Shown in pieces: positions 19,167 through 28,941 of a DNA stretch of 64,000 bases. Position 1 is the stretch's first letter, and every line of letters starts with the position of its first letter. Where the stretch lies: the sequence record SRR20825006_194; one strand, written 5' to 3'. The notes under the pieces were generated by a model, which did not search any database, had not been told where the DNA came from, and was given only the letters and a program-made list of their open reading frames with translations. The translations under genes and the position numbers were made by a program.

Positions 19167-19973
19167 TTAAACTCCACTAAAAGCGCTGAATCCACCATCG
19201 ATAGGAAGTACTGCACCCGTTATAAATTTCGATTCAGGGCTGCATAAAAATAATACTGCGCCGTTAATTTCTTCTTCTTTTCCAAAACGTTTCATTGGGG
19301 TATTTTGGATGATGGTATTGCCACGTTCAGTATACGAGCCATCTTCGTTCAGCAATAAAAATCGATTCTGTTCGCCGATAAAGAACCCTGGAGCAATGGC
19401 ATTTACTCGGATGCCTTCCCCAAATTTCAATGCCATTTCTACAGCTAACGACTTCGTGAAATTTTCCATCGCTGCTTTTGATGCCGAATAGCCAATTACA
19501 CGAGTAATAACTCGGTCGGCCGCCATCGAAGAGATATTCAACACAATACCTTCTTTCTTATCTGCGAAAACTTTTCCAAAAACTTGGCTCGGTAAAACGG
19601 TACCCATTAAATTCAGACGAGATACAGCTTCAAAATCGTCCGTTGAGATATCAAAAAATGTTTGATCAGGAGCAATGGTGGCTCCTTTCTTATTTCCGCC
19701 AGCAGCATTAATTAGGATATCAATGGTTCCAAATTCATCGAGAATTTTCTGTTTTGCTGAATTGAGTCCTTCAATACTTAATACATTGGTAGCGATACAT
19801 AAGGTAGCCTTTGAGCTTGGATCAATTTCATCGGCCTTTGCCTGTAGCGTATCTAACGTCCTGCCAATAAGTACCACTTTAGCGCCTTCATTTATAAATG
19901 CTTTGGCAATACTTCCCCCTAGGGTTCCACTCCCACCCGTAACAATTACAATTTTATCCTTAAATCGATTCAT
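19167..19973 (-). CDS. uxuB: SDR-type D-mannonate oxidoreductase (fructuronate reductase)
   Basis: TGGSGTLG, NAAGGN, YSASK, RVNAIAPGFFIGEQNR..L, DGGFSAFSGV typical of SDR-type UxuB; adjacent to uxuA. Confidence 0.85.
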   Translation of the reverse strand: MNRFKDKIVIVTGGSGTLGGSIAKAFINEGAKVVLIGRTLDTLQAKADEIDPSSKATLCIATNVLSIEGLNSAKQKILDEFGTIDILINAAGGNKKGATIAPDQTFFDISTDDFEAVSRLNLMGTVLPSQVFGKVFADKKEGIVLNISSMAADRVITRVIGYSASKAAMENFTKSLAVEMALKFGEGIRVNAIAPGFFIGEQNRFLLLNEDGSYTERGNTIIQNTPMKRFGKEEEINGAVLFLCSPESKFITGAVLPIDGGFSAFSGV

Positions 19974-20046
19974 GTAGTTGATTTTTGATTCTGTTAAAAT
20001 TTTTACAGCAATTTATGGAACAATTTTGGAAAATCGGTTGCTCCAT

Positions 20047-20073
20047 AAAAGCATATTAGGTATAATAAGTATA
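20047..20073 (+). promoter_or_regulatory. 9-bp tandem repeat operator candidate (AAAAGCATA TTAGGTATA ATAAGTATA)
   Basis: The same motif TAGGTATA-N5-TATA recurs at 27721 and 47966. Confidence 0.55.
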
Positions 20074-20100
20074 TATAATAGTGATTCAAAAGAATAAACA

Positions 20101-21087
20101 ATGGAAGCGCTTCTTAAAAAGACATTTTACCTTGCTTTGTTACTAGTTACTATGCTTAGTTGTGGCAAAGTCTCTAGCACCAGAGTTGTTAAACTTGGCC
20201 ATGGATTAGATGTTAGCCATCCCGTACATAAAAGTATGGTGTATATGGCTCAACAGGTTGAGAAAGAATCTAACGGAACTCTTAAGATTGAAATTTATCC
20301 GAGCCAACAATTGGGTACAGAGCGACAGTTGGTAGAGTTGTTGCAAATTGGAAGCTTGGGAATTACAAAAGTCTCTGCTAGCGTGCTTGAAAACTTTGCC
20401 CCTTCCTATAAAGTATTCAGCATTCCTTTCATTTTTAAAAATGAACAACATCGCTTTAATGTTTTAGAGGGTGAAATTGGACAAGAAATTTTAAAAGATG
20501 GTGAAGAGTTTTGGTTTCACGGACTTTGCTTTTATGATGCGGGGAGTCGGAGTTTTTATACCAAAGACAAACCCGTTTACAAACCTGAGGATCTGGAAGG
20601 ACAGAAAATCAGAGTGATGGAGAGCCAAACTGCGATGAACATGGTTCGATCGTTAGGTGGTTCTCCCACTCCGATTTCTTTTGGGGAACTCTACACCGCT
20701 TTACAACAAGGCGTAGTTGATGGAGCCGAAAATAATCCTCCAAGCTTTTACACCTCTCGTCACTACGAAGTGAGCAAATATTACACCATCGATGAACATA
20801 CTGCTGTCCCAGATGTTTTGATTATAAGCACCCATGTTTGGAGTTCATTAAGCCCAGAACATCAGCAAATTTTACAAAAGGCAGCGTTAGAGTCGGCTGA
20901 GTATCAGAAGAAATTATGGAAAGAGGCTAGCGATGAAGCTCTAACGAAAGTACAAGAAGCTGGTGTAGAAATTATCTACCCTGAAAAATCAGCGTTTCAA
21001 GGGAAAGTGCAAGAGCTTTATAAGAGCTACGAAAAAGATCCTCAAATGGATCAATTGATAAAACGCATTCAAAAAGTAGAAGGCTAA
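20101..21087 (+). CDS. dctP: TRAP transporter substrate-binding lipoprotein
   Basis: Lipobox MLSC; IEIYPSQQLG.ER, DAGSRSFY, KIRVM, GELYTALQQGVVDGAENN; conserved Arg of carboxylate-binding DctP. Confidence 0.93.
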   Translation: MEALLKKTFYLALLLVTMLSCGKVSSTRVVKLGHGLDVSHPVHKSMVYMAQQVEKESNGTLKIEIYPSQQLGTERQLVELLQIGSLGITKVSASVLENFAPSYKVFSIPFIFKNEQHRFNVLEGEIGQEILKDGEEFWFHGLCFYDAGSRSFYTKDKPVYKPEDLEGQKIRVMESQTAMNMVRSLGGSPTPISFGELYTALQQGVVDGAENNPPSFYTSRHYEVSKYYTIDEHTAVPDVLIISTHVWSSLSPEHQQILQKAALESAEYQKKLWKEASDEALTKVQEAGVEIIYPEKSAFQGKVQELYKSYEKDPQMDQLIKRIQKVEG

Positions 21088-21596
21088 TGAAACAACTCAT
21101 AACTCGTTTAGATCAACTTCTCGAATACTTGATTATAAGTATTATGGCAGTACTAGTAATTGATGTACTTTGGCAAGTTGCCAGCCGTTTTATTTTGGGA
21201 GATCCCAGCTCTTTTACTGATGAGCTTGCCCGTTTTCTACTCATCTGGCTTAGCCTTTTTGGTGGGGCTTACATGCTGGGTAAAAAAATGCATCTAGCCA
21301 TCGACCTAATTTCCCACAAATTCGATGAACGCAAAGCCCTCAGATATGATAATTTCATTCAAGTAACCATTCTAGTTTTTGCAATTGCTGTATTAGTAAT
21401 TGGTGGGTCTAGGCTCGTATTTGTTACCCTTTTCTTAAACCAAACTTCAGCAGCTTTAGGTGTTCCGTTGGGATATGTTTATATGGTGCTCCCGTTAAGT
21501 GGATTAATTATGTGTACCTATTGCGTTCATTTTATTTTAGAGAACCTAGCAATATCACGTAGTTTAAAAAGCAACACTCAAAAATCAGGAGAATAA
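21087..21596 (+). CDS. dctQ: TRAP transporter small permease
   Basis: WQVASRF...SFTDELARFLLIW...HLAID; 4 TM segments. Confidence 0.92.
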   Translation: MKQLITRLDQLLEYLIISIMAVLVIDVLWQVASRFILGDPSSFTDELARFLLIWLSLFGGAYMLGKKMHLAIDLISHKFDERKALRYDNFIQVTILVFAIAVLVIGGSRLVFVTLFLNQTSAALGVPLGYVYMVLPLSGLIMCTYCVHFILENLAISRSLKSNTQKSGE

Positions 21597-21597
21597 T

Positions 21598-22893
21598 ATG
21601 GGATTTGAAAGCATACTTATTCTCATTCTAGTTTTTGTAGTATTGTTATTTCTACGTGTACCGATTGCGTTTAGCATCGGTTTAGCAACACTGGCAACCA
21701 TCCTCGTGAGCGTTGCTCCTTTACCTGCAGTTACCACGGTAGCGCAAAGAATGGCAACTGGATTAGACAGTTTTACTCTTTTAGCAATCCCTTTCTTCAT
21801 TCTTGCAGGACAATTAATGAATAAAGGTGGCATCGCAAAACGACTGATTGATTTTGCCAAAGTTTTAGTAGGAACACTTCCTGGTGGTTTGGCTTATGTT
21901 AATGTAATTTCAGCCATGCTTTTTGGAGCAATTTCTGGATCAGCCGTTGCCGCAGCTTCAGCAATTGGTGGCATTATGGCTCCACAGATGAAAAAAGAAG
22001 GCTACGATCCTGAATTTGGTGCTGCCATCAATATTACTTCCTCAACAACAGGACTACTAATTCCACCCAGCAATGTTCTAATTGTATATTCGCTAGCAAG
22101 TGGCGGTGTTTCTATCGCAGCTCTATTCCTAGCCGGATACATTCCTGGTTTATTAGTAGGACTTGGCCTGATGGTAACTTCGGGCTACATCGCTTTTCGA
22201 AAAAAGTATAAAGTTGCCGAGCGTGTTTCTCTCAAAACAGCTGTTCTTAGTTTTTTCGATGCTATTCCTAGTTTGTTCCTCATTTTCGTAGTAATTGGTG
22301 GGATAATTGGTGGAATTTTCACAGCTACTGAAGCTGCCGCCATTGCCGTACTCTATGCACTTATACTTTCATTTATCTACAAAGAGATTTCGATTAAAAG
22401 TTTACCCGATGTGCTCTTAGAAGCAGCTAAAACCACATCCATCGTTATGTTATTAATTGCTACTTCGGTTGCGATGTCGTGGGTACTTTCATTCGAAAAT
22501 ATTCCACAGTCCATCTCAGCAGGACTTATTTCACTATTTGATAGTGACATTGCCATCTTACTAGTTATCAATTTGATATTACTTTTTGTTGGTGCTTTTA
22601 TGGACATCACGCCAGCAATTCTCATTTTCACCCCAATATTTTTACCGGTAGCAACTCAGCTTGGTATAGACCCTGTACACTTTGGGATTATAATTGTATT
22701 TAATCTCACCGTAGGTTTATGTACTCCGCCAGTAGGCACCATTCTTTTTGTGGGATGTTCGGTTGCCGATGTTCCCATTACAAAGGTTATAAAACCTTTA
22801 CTCCCTTTATTCTTAGTAATGATTGTCAGTTTAATACTGGTCACTTTTGTGCCAGACCTAAGCCTTTTCTTACCAAGACTCTTTGGTTATTAA
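21598..22893 (+). CDS. dctM: TRAP transporter large permease
   Basis: LLAIPFFILAG.LM..GG, FGAISGSAVA, LLIPPS, GIFTATEA, GLCTPPVG. Confidence 0.95.
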   Translation: MGFESILILILVFVVLLFLRVPIAFSIGLATLATILVSVAPLPAVTTVAQRMATGLDSFTLLAIPFFILAGQLMNKGGIAKRLIDFAKVLVGTLPGGLAYVNVISAMLFGAISGSAVAAASAIGGIMAPQMKKEGYDPEFGAAINITSSTTGLLIPPSNVLIVYSLASGGVSIAALFLAGYIPGLLVGLGLMVTSGYIAFRKKYKVAERVSLKTAVLSFFDAIPSLFLIFVVIGGIIGGIFTATEAAAIAVLYALILSFIYKEISIKSLPDVLLEAAKTTSIVMLLIATSVAMSWVLSFENIPQSISAGLISLFDSDIAILLVINLILLFVGAFMDITPAILIFTPIFLPVATQLGIDPVHFGIIIVFNLTVGLCTPPVGTILFVGCSVADVPITKVIKPLLPLFLVMIVSLILVTFVPDLSLFLPRLFGY

Positions 22894-22904
22894 TTCACAA
22901 TGAA

Positions 22905-24146
22905 ATGAATAGATTCATGAACACAACATTTAAACATACACTTAGAACTGCAGGAATCGGTGTTTTGCTAGCCACTACTTTTGCTTGTTCCTTACAAAGT
23001 GATTTACAGCTAGAAATTACGAACTCAAATACTTTTGGAGTTCAAAATGCTGCCGTTAGCGTTAATTTAGAAAGCTCAAAAATTGTACTTCCTACTGCTT
23101 TTAGCATCGTAGATAGTAAAGGCGCTGAGATTCCGTATCAGTTGGACGATTTGGACCAAAACGGTACCAAAGAAACACTGTTTTTACAGATGACACTGGG
23201 AGCAAATCTCTCTGAAACCCTTAGCATCAAAAAAGCTGATAAAGCTCCTGATTTCACTACTAAGACTGCTGCTGTAATAAAAGTACGTGATAAAGCAGAT
23301 CCTGAAAGCATGCAGATTGGTTCTGATTTCGAGTTTGTTGATAGCTACACTCAGCCTTTCGATTTTAAGCAAGACAACGGTCTTATTTTCTTAGAAGGTC
23401 CTGGTTGGGAATCCGATTTAGTAGGTTATAGATTCTACTTCGATAACCGCAATCGCTTCGACATCTTCGGAAAGAAAACAGGTAAGCCATCACTTGGTTC
23501 CATCACAGAAACCTACCACGAGCGCAGAGATTGGGGTGCCGACATCCTAAAAGTAAATTCATCCTTAGGAATTGGATCTCCTGCTCTTTTCCAAGACAAT
23601 GCTTTTTTCGCTATTGAAAAAACTGGTTTAAGCACACTTGAAACCGTAAGTGACGGCCCGCTTCGTTCTATCATCAAAGTGACTTACCCAAATTGGACGG
23701 TTGGCGACAAAACAATGAATGCAGTGATGAAGTTAGAAATTCATGCACATCACCGTTATACAGAGCTTAGTTTGAAAACTGACGCTGCCGATGACGTTTT
23801 TGCTACTGGTTTGGTAACTCACAAGAATGTGGAAAAAATCAGTATTTCAGAAACACCCGACTACACTTTTGGATATACTTGGGGAAATCAAACAGATTTA
23901 GAAGAAGGTTTAGGAATGGCTGTAATTTTACCAGGAAACTACTCTCCTGAGTATAAAGGTGAATTTCAAGAAAGCTATGTGTTTAGTTTAAATAGCCAAA
24001 ATTCTGAAGTGAAATATCGTTTTTTAGCTGCCTGGGAATTAGAGCCAGAAGCCGTTCGCATCCCAAGTGCAGACAAGTTTGAAGAATATATTGACCAAGT
24101 AGCCAAGCAATGGCAACATCCGTTAAAAGTAACCATCAAAAAGTAA
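22905..24146 (+). CDS. DUF4861-family lipoprotein
   Basis: Lipobox TFAC; IPYQLDDLD.NG, EGPGWESD.VGYRFYFD.RN.FDIFGK, WGADILKV..SLGIG, DGPLRS. Start at 22905 or 22917. Confidence 0.75.
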   Translation: MNRFMNTTFKHTLRTAGIGVLLATTFACSLQSDLQLEITNSNTFGVQNAAVSVNLESSKIVLPTAFSIVDSKGAEIPYQLDDLDQNGTKETLFLQMTLGANLSETLSIKKADKAPDFTTKTAAVIKVRDKADPESMQIGSDFEFVDSYTQPFDFKQDNGLIFLEGPGWESDLVGYRFYFDNRNRFDIFGKKTGKPSLGSITETYHERRDWGADILKVNSSLGIGSPALFQDNAFFAIEKTGLSTLETVSDGPLRSIIKVTYPNWTVGDKTMNAVMKLEIHAHHRYTELSLKTDAADDVFATGLVTHKNVEKISISETPDYTFGYTWGNQTDLEEGLGMAVILPGNYSPEYKGEFQESYVFSLNSQNSEVKYRFLAAWELEPEAVRIPSADKFEEYIDQVAKQWQHPLKVTIKK

Positions 24147-24152
24147 AAGAAT

Positions 24153-24920
24153 ATGTCAGTTTTAGAGAGTTTTTCATTAGCCGGAAAAACAGCGTTAGTA
24201 ACAGGAGCAAGTCGAGGTTTAGGTCAGGCAATGGCCATTGCTTTAGCAGAAGCTGGAGCGGAAGTTATTTGTTCAAGTTCATCTGATGGTGGCTGTAATG
24301 ATACCGTTTCAAAAATAGCGAGCTTAGGTGGAACGGCCCATCAAGTAACAGCAGATCTTAGCAACAGATCTCAGATTGAAACTTTCATTGCCAAAGTTTT
24401 TGAGATTTCGCCTTCAATAGATGTGCTCGTTAATAATGCAGGAACGATAACTCGCCATCCTGCAAAAGAATATCCCCTCGAAGAATGGGATATGGTTCTT
24501 CAAGTAAATCTTGCATCAGTATTTCAACTATGCCAAGCTTTTGGCAGTAAAATGATTGAACGCGGAGGTGGCAAAATTGTGAATGTAGCTTCTCTCCTTT
24601 CGTTTTCAGGTGGGATAACAGTACCAGCTTATACTGCAAGCAAGCACGCAGTTGCAGGACTTACAAAAGCATTGGCAAACGAATGGGCAAAAGATAATAT
24701 CCAAGTTAACGCTATTGCCCCTGGATATTTTAAAACTGACAACACACAAGCGCTACAAGATAACGCTGAACGAAATGAACAAATTACTGCACGAATTCCT
24801 GCTGGTCAGTGGGGAACTCCATCCGACTTAGCTGGAGCTGTCGTGTTTTTAGCTTCGCAAGCAAGCAACTATGTGAATGGCCATACCCTTACCGTAGACG
24901 GCGGTTGGATGGCTCGATAA
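24153..24920 (+). CDS. kduD: 2-dehydro-3-deoxy-D-gluconate 5-dehydrogenase
   Basis: FSLAGKTALVTGASRGLGQ, KIVNVASLLSFSGG..VPAYTASK, ARIPAGQWG.P, VDGGWMAR. Confidence 0.88.
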   Translation: MSVLESFSLAGKTALVTGASRGLGQAMAIALAEAGAEVICSSSSDGGCNDTVSKIASLGGTAHQVTADLSNRSQIETFIAKVFEISPSIDVLVNNAGTITRHPAKEYPLEEWDMVLQVNLASVFQLCQAFGSKMIERGGGKIVNVASLLSFSGGITVPAYTASKHAVAGLTKALANEWAKDNIQVNAIAPGYFKTDNTQALQDNAERNEQITARIPAGQWGTPSDLAGAVVFLASQASNYVNGHTLTVDGGWMAR

Positions 24921-24952
24921 ATTTAATTTTTAATTACAAAAGACCTTTTAAG

Positions 24953-25891
24953 ATGGTAAATCCAAAGTTAATAGGACCCAACAAACAAGCAGCATCGAAA
25001 ACCCCAGAGCAGCGTAGAAAAGACGCTAAAGTTCAAATTCCTCTAACGGATGATGTAAGAGTTGTAGAGACTTTTGATGCTGTGCCAGTTTTAAATAAAA
25101 GAGAACCAATCATTACTGGAGACAACTCAACTTTTGAGTACCTCCGATTAGCTAGAATTGTTTTAGATCCTGGCAAAGATGATTACTCGGCTCAAGAAAT
25201 TTCAACCAGTAACGAAGAACTCGTTTTTTATGTAAATCGAGGATCTGCTCAAGTTGTGGTGAACGGCGAGAGACACACTCTTTCGACTGGTGATGTGATT
25301 TACATCGGTATTAATGAAACGGCTGTTGTTTCAGCAACCGAGTTTACTGATGTAAGTGAATTTAGAGCTGTGGATTGTAATACTTCATATCCTGTTCAGC
25401 ACATCAAGCACAAAGAGCTCGAGAAAACCGAACTTGCGGCCAATGTTGGTTCAAAACGCCCAATGAGTGTTCGAACGGTATACAAACTTGTTGATGGCGC
25501 CAATGTTCAAGCATGTAGATTGCTTTTTGGTGACACTTTTATGCAACAGCCTGGCGCGGTTGGAAGTTATCCTCCACATTTTCACGGCCCTGATGGTCCT
25601 TTTGGATTTGGTAAAGATGCCAAAGAAGAAATCTATCACTTTCGTGTACAATCAACTATTGAAGGCGATAAGCCTTACGTCCTTCAGAACTGTTCTCGAC
25701 CAGGCGAAGAAGTTGGGATTTATACCCATATTTTTGACGAGCAAGCCATCAACGTAACACATGGTTACCATGATACTATTGCGCCTCCTGCCATAGAATT
25801 TATGTTTACTTGGTGTTTGGCTTCCTTTACAGAAGGGCGACGTGATTGGGCAGAAGTGCTTAACAAACCAGGTTTTGATAACGAGTGGTAA
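24953..25891 (+). CDS. KduI/IolB-family cupin isomerase (IolB-type motifs)
   Basis: Cupin N-domain; GSYPPHFH...EEIYHF...GYHD..APP motif. Start trimmed to ATG 24953. Confidence 0.75.
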   Translation: MVNPKLIGPNKQAASKTPEQRRKDAKVQIPLTDDVRVVETFDAVPVLNKREPIITGDNSTFEYLRLARIVLDPGKDDYSAQEISTSNEELVFYVNRGSAQVVVNGERHTLSTGDVIYIGINETAVVSATEFTDVSEFRAVDCNTSYPVQHIKHKELEKTELAANVGSKRPMSVRTVYKLVDGANVQACRLLFGDTFMQQPGAVGSYPPHFHGPDGPFGFGKDAKEEIYHFRVQSTIEGDKPYVLQNCSRPGEEVGIYTHIFDEQAINVTHGYHDTIAPPAIEFMFTWCLASFTEGRRDWAEVLNKPGFDNEW

Positions 25892-25927
25892 ATCACTCTA
25901 ATTTTGTTTAAAGACTCAAATTCCATC

Positions 25928-26575
25928 ATGAAAAAATTATCTTCCATAATTGAGGATGTTAGAAAACGAGCCGCTCTTGCAGTGGTTCGTTTGCCTAATC
26001 CTGAGGATGCAATTCCCGTTACCGAAGCTTTACTAGAAGGTGGAGTGACCGCAATTGAAATCACACTTTCTACACCAAACACTTTTGAAGTAATTGAGCA
26101 AATTAGCTCAACATTCACAGGTGATGCTTTAGTAGGAATTGGCTCGGTTACAAATATTGAACAAGCTGAAAAAGCCATCCAAGCTGGTGCGAAGTATGTA
26201 GTTTGTCCTATTTTCAAACCAGAAATTATTGCTTTTACGGCATCTCATAACATCCCAACCATTCCGGGATGCTTCACACCAACCGAAATACAACATGCCT
26301 ATGAAGCAGGTGCGGAAGTAATTAAAGTCTTCCCTGCTGATTGTTTAGGAATGGCGTTTTTCAAAGGAGTGAAAGCACCTCTGCCCCATCTCAACTTGAT
26401 ACCAACAGGTGGTGTAACACTAACCAACGCTGGAGAATGGCTAAAAAGCGGTGCATTTGCTGTAGGCTTAGGTAGCGCCTTAATGGATAAAAAAGCCATT
26501 CAAGAACGCAATTTCCACATCTTAACATCCAACGCAAAACTTCTGATGGAAACCATCCGTCAGGCTAATAATTAA
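25928..26575 (+). CDS. eda: KDPG/KHG aldolase
   Basis: AVVR, GGV.AIEIT, GIGSV, PGCFTPTEI, IKVFPA, IPTGGV. Start ATG 25928. Confidence 0.93.
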   Translation: MKKLSSIIEDVRKRAALAVVRLPNPEDAIPVTEALLEGGVTAIEITLSTPNTFEVIEQISSTFTGDALVGIGSVTNIEQAEKAIQAGAKYVVCPIFKPEIIAFTASHNIPTIPGCFTPTEIQHAYEAGAEVIKVFPADCLGMAFFKGVKAPLPHLNLIPTGGVTLTNAGEWLKSGAFAVGLGSALMDKKAIQERNFHILTSNAKLLMETIRQANN

Positions 26576-26579
26576 TACC

Positions 26580-27614
26580 ATGTCCAAAAAAGTAGTAACC
26601 TTCGGAGAGATTATGTTAAGACTCTCCACACCAGGATTTTCAAGATTTGTTCAATCTCAGAACTTTGATGTAAACTATGGCGGTGGCGAAGCTAATGTTT
26701 CGGCAGCGTTAAGTAATTACGGCCTCGAGAGCTATTTTGTAACGAAGCTTCCTAAGCACGAAATTGGCGAAAGTGCCCTCAATCAAGTTCGAAAATTTGG
26801 TGTAGATACACGTTATATCGTTCGTGGTGGCGACCGTTTAGGCATTTACTTTCTAGAAACTGGTGCCAGCCAACGTCCTTCCAAAGTAATCTATGATCGA
26901 GCAGATTCTGCCATCACAAAAATGGACACCAATGAAGTTGATTGGGATGCCGTTTTTGAAGGGAAAAATTGGTTTCATTGGACAGGAATCACTCCTGCTT
27001 TGGGAGAAAAAGCTCAAGAAAATGTACGCCTAGCCTGTATTGCAGCCAAGAAAGCGGGTGTAACCATTAGTTGTGATTTGAATTTTAGAAGTAAACTTTG
27101 GACAACAACCGAAGCTCAAGCAGTGATGAACCCATTAATGGAGTACGTTGATGTTTGTATTGCTAACGAAGAGGATGCAGACAAAAGCCTTGGCCTAAAA
27201 GCCGGTACTACAAATATTGAGTCTGCGGAATTGGATGAGTTTGGATATTTCGAACTTGCCAGAAAACTTAAGCAAAAATACAATTTCCAGACAGTTGCTA
27301 TCACGCTAAGAGAAAGTCATTCTGCTTCCCGAAATGGATGGAGCGCTATTCTACACGATGATAAGAACTGTACAACACCAGCACGCTCCACTCATTACGA
27401 TATACAAATTGTAGACCGCGTTGGTGGGGGCGATTCTTTTGCAAGTGGATTGATTTACGGCTTACTTGCTAAAGAAAATACCAAAGATGCATTAGAGTTC
27501 GCTGTAGCGGCTTCATGCTTAAAACAAACTATACCAGGTGATTTCAATTTAGTTAGTGCTGATGAGGTGGAAAAGCTACTTCAAAACGGCGGTAGCGGTC
27601 GTGTAGAGCGATAA
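26580..27614 (+). CDS. kdgK: 2-dehydro-3-deoxygluconokinase (PfkB family)
   Basis: VVTFGEIMLRL, GGGEANV, YDRA, HWTGITPAL, DLNFRSKLW, DRVGGGDSF. Confidence 0.93.
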   Translation: MSKKVVTFGEIMLRLSTPGFSRFVQSQNFDVNYGGGEANVSAALSNYGLESYFVTKLPKHEIGESALNQVRKFGVDTRYIVRGGDRLGIYFLETGASQRPSKVIYDRADSAITKMDTNEVDWDAVFEGKNWFHWTGITPALGEKAQENVRLACIAAKKAGVTISCDLNFRSKLWTTTEAQAVMNPLMEYVDVCIANEEDADKSLGLKAGTTNIESAELDEFGYFELARKLKQKYNFQTVAITLRESHSASRNGWSAILHDDKNCTTPARSTHYDIQIVDRVGGGDSFASGLIYGLLAKENTKDALEFAVAASCLKQTIPGDFNLVSADEVEKLLQNGGSGRVER

Positions 27615-27668
27615 GCTAAACTATACTTGATGAGTAACTATTAACAAAGTATTAATTTTTGCCTATAT

Positions 27669-27701
27669 ATCAGTATTTAGGACTCGTTTTTAGATACTGA
27701 T
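27669..27701 (+). terminator. Possible terminator or stabilising hairpin after kdgK
   Basis: ATCAGTATTTAGGA/TTTTAGATACTGAT imperfect stem with G-U pairs; weak U-tail. Confidence 0.35.
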
Positions 27702-27710
27702 TAGTTTAAA

Positions 27711-27737
27711 TTAGGATTATTAGGTATATTGGGTATA
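27711..27737 (+). promoter_or_regulatory. 9-bp tandem repeat operator candidate (TTAGGATTA TTAGGTATA TTGGGTATA)
   Basis: Three phased 9-mers directly upstream of the GntR-LacI regulator gene. Confidence 0.6.
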
Positions 27738-27763
27738 GAAATAATTTTTAATAAAAGTAAAAA

Positions 27764-28870
27764 ATGTCGATAGATTTTCAGGATTCAACCCCGCTTTATG
27801 TTCAGATTGTAAGGGACATTAAAGAAAAAATAGATGGTGATGAGTTAAAAATCGGGGAACAGCTACAGTCCCACAAACTATTGGCAAAAGAATACGACGT
27901 AAGTTTAATAACTATAAAAAGTGCCCTCTCTACTCTTATAGACGAAGGATATTTATTTAGCCGAGTTGGGAAAGGAACATTTGTAGCTAAAAAAAATGGC
28001 GATGCAAGTATCACTCGCCACTCTTCAATTGGCATGGTTCTTCAGCATTTAAAAGATCCATTTTTCTCTTTAATAGCTCAAATAGTTGAAGAAAAAGCTT
28101 ATACCAAAAATTTCAATATTCTGCTATCTAACAGCTCTAGCCAAATTGAAAAAGAAGAAGCTCAAATTAAGCACTTTAGAGCTCTTGGTGTTAAAGGCCT
28201 AATCATTGCTACTTTGCGAAAAGAACTTCAGGCACCTCCTATTATCAGAAAGTTACATGCTGATAATTTCCCGTATGTAATGATTTCTTATATAGCAGAT
28301 GAAGATATTTGGTATGTCGGAACAGATCACGAGCGTGGTGCCTATTTAGCAACTAAACATTTGATAGATTTAGGTCATACAAAAATTGGATATTTAAGCC
28401 CTAAAACAAATCCTCTCGATACGATTCGTTTTAAAGGATACAAAAAAACGCTTGACGAAGCTGGAATTGAATACAACGAAACATTTCGGTTAAGCAAGAA
28501 TACCAGAGATACGCTAATAAGCTACGAAGCTGGTTATGAACTTGGTGATAGATTCCACGAATTGGATGAAAAACCTACTGCATATTTTGCTTACGACGAC
28601 ACTTCTGCTTTGGGCTTTATGAAACGTGTTCAAGAACTTGGATACCGTATCCCTGAAGATTTAGCATTAGTTGGTTATGACGACATCGACCAAGCTAAAT
28701 ACGCTACAAGTCCACTTACTACTATTCATCAACCTGTTGAGAAAATTGGTGAAGCTGCAATTGATAAGCTTATCAAAAGAATTGAAGGCGGAAAAGCGGA
28801 AGTTAGAACTCTTTTTGAACCTCACTTAGTAGTTCGTGAGTCTTGTGGTGCTGCCATCCCTTCTAAATAA
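27764..28870 (+). CDS. GntR-HTH / LacI-type effector domain regulator (AraR-like architecture)
   Basis: PLYVQI...GEQL.S...LAKEYDVSLITIK.AL..L..EG.L....GKGTFV wHTH followed by periplasmic-binding-type domain (PEDLALVGYDD, LTTIHQP). Confidence 0.92.
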   Translation: MSIDFQDSTPLYVQIVRDIKEKIDGDELKIGEQLQSHKLLAKEYDVSLITIKSALSTLIDEGYLFSRVGKGTFVAKKNGDASITRHSSIGMVLQHLKDPFFSLIAQIVEEKAYTKNFNILLSNSSSQIEKEEAQIKHFRALGVKGLIIATLRKELQAPPIIRKLHADNFPYVMISYIADEDIWYVGTDHERGAYLATKHLIDLGHTKIGYLSPKTNPLDTIRFKGYKKTLDEAGIEYNETFRLSKNTRDTLISYEAGYELGDRFHELDEKPTAYFAYDDTSALGFMKRVQELGYRIPEDLALVGYDDIDQAKYATSPLTTIHQPVEKIGEAAIDKLIKRIEGGKAEVRTLFEPHLVVRESCGAAIPSK

Positions 28871-28899
28871 AAAAAGGAAAGAATAATCTTTCCTTTTTT
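28870..28899. terminator. Bidirectional Rho-independent terminator
   Basis: AAAAAAGGAAAGA-ATAA-TCTTTCCTTTTTT perfect hairpin between convergent genes. Confidence 0.8.
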
Positions 28900-28941
28900 A
28901 GCTTTCAATTATTTTTCTGATTGCACTTTGCTCAATTTATT

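Noticed and set aside
22719-22904. N-terminal extension of the DUF4861 ORF; similar extensions at 24809, 19216, 30705, 33348, 8297 and 25904
   Set aside because: Most overlap upstream genes in another frame and all add non-conserved-looking sequence; downstream ATGs give proper signal peptides or family N-termini.
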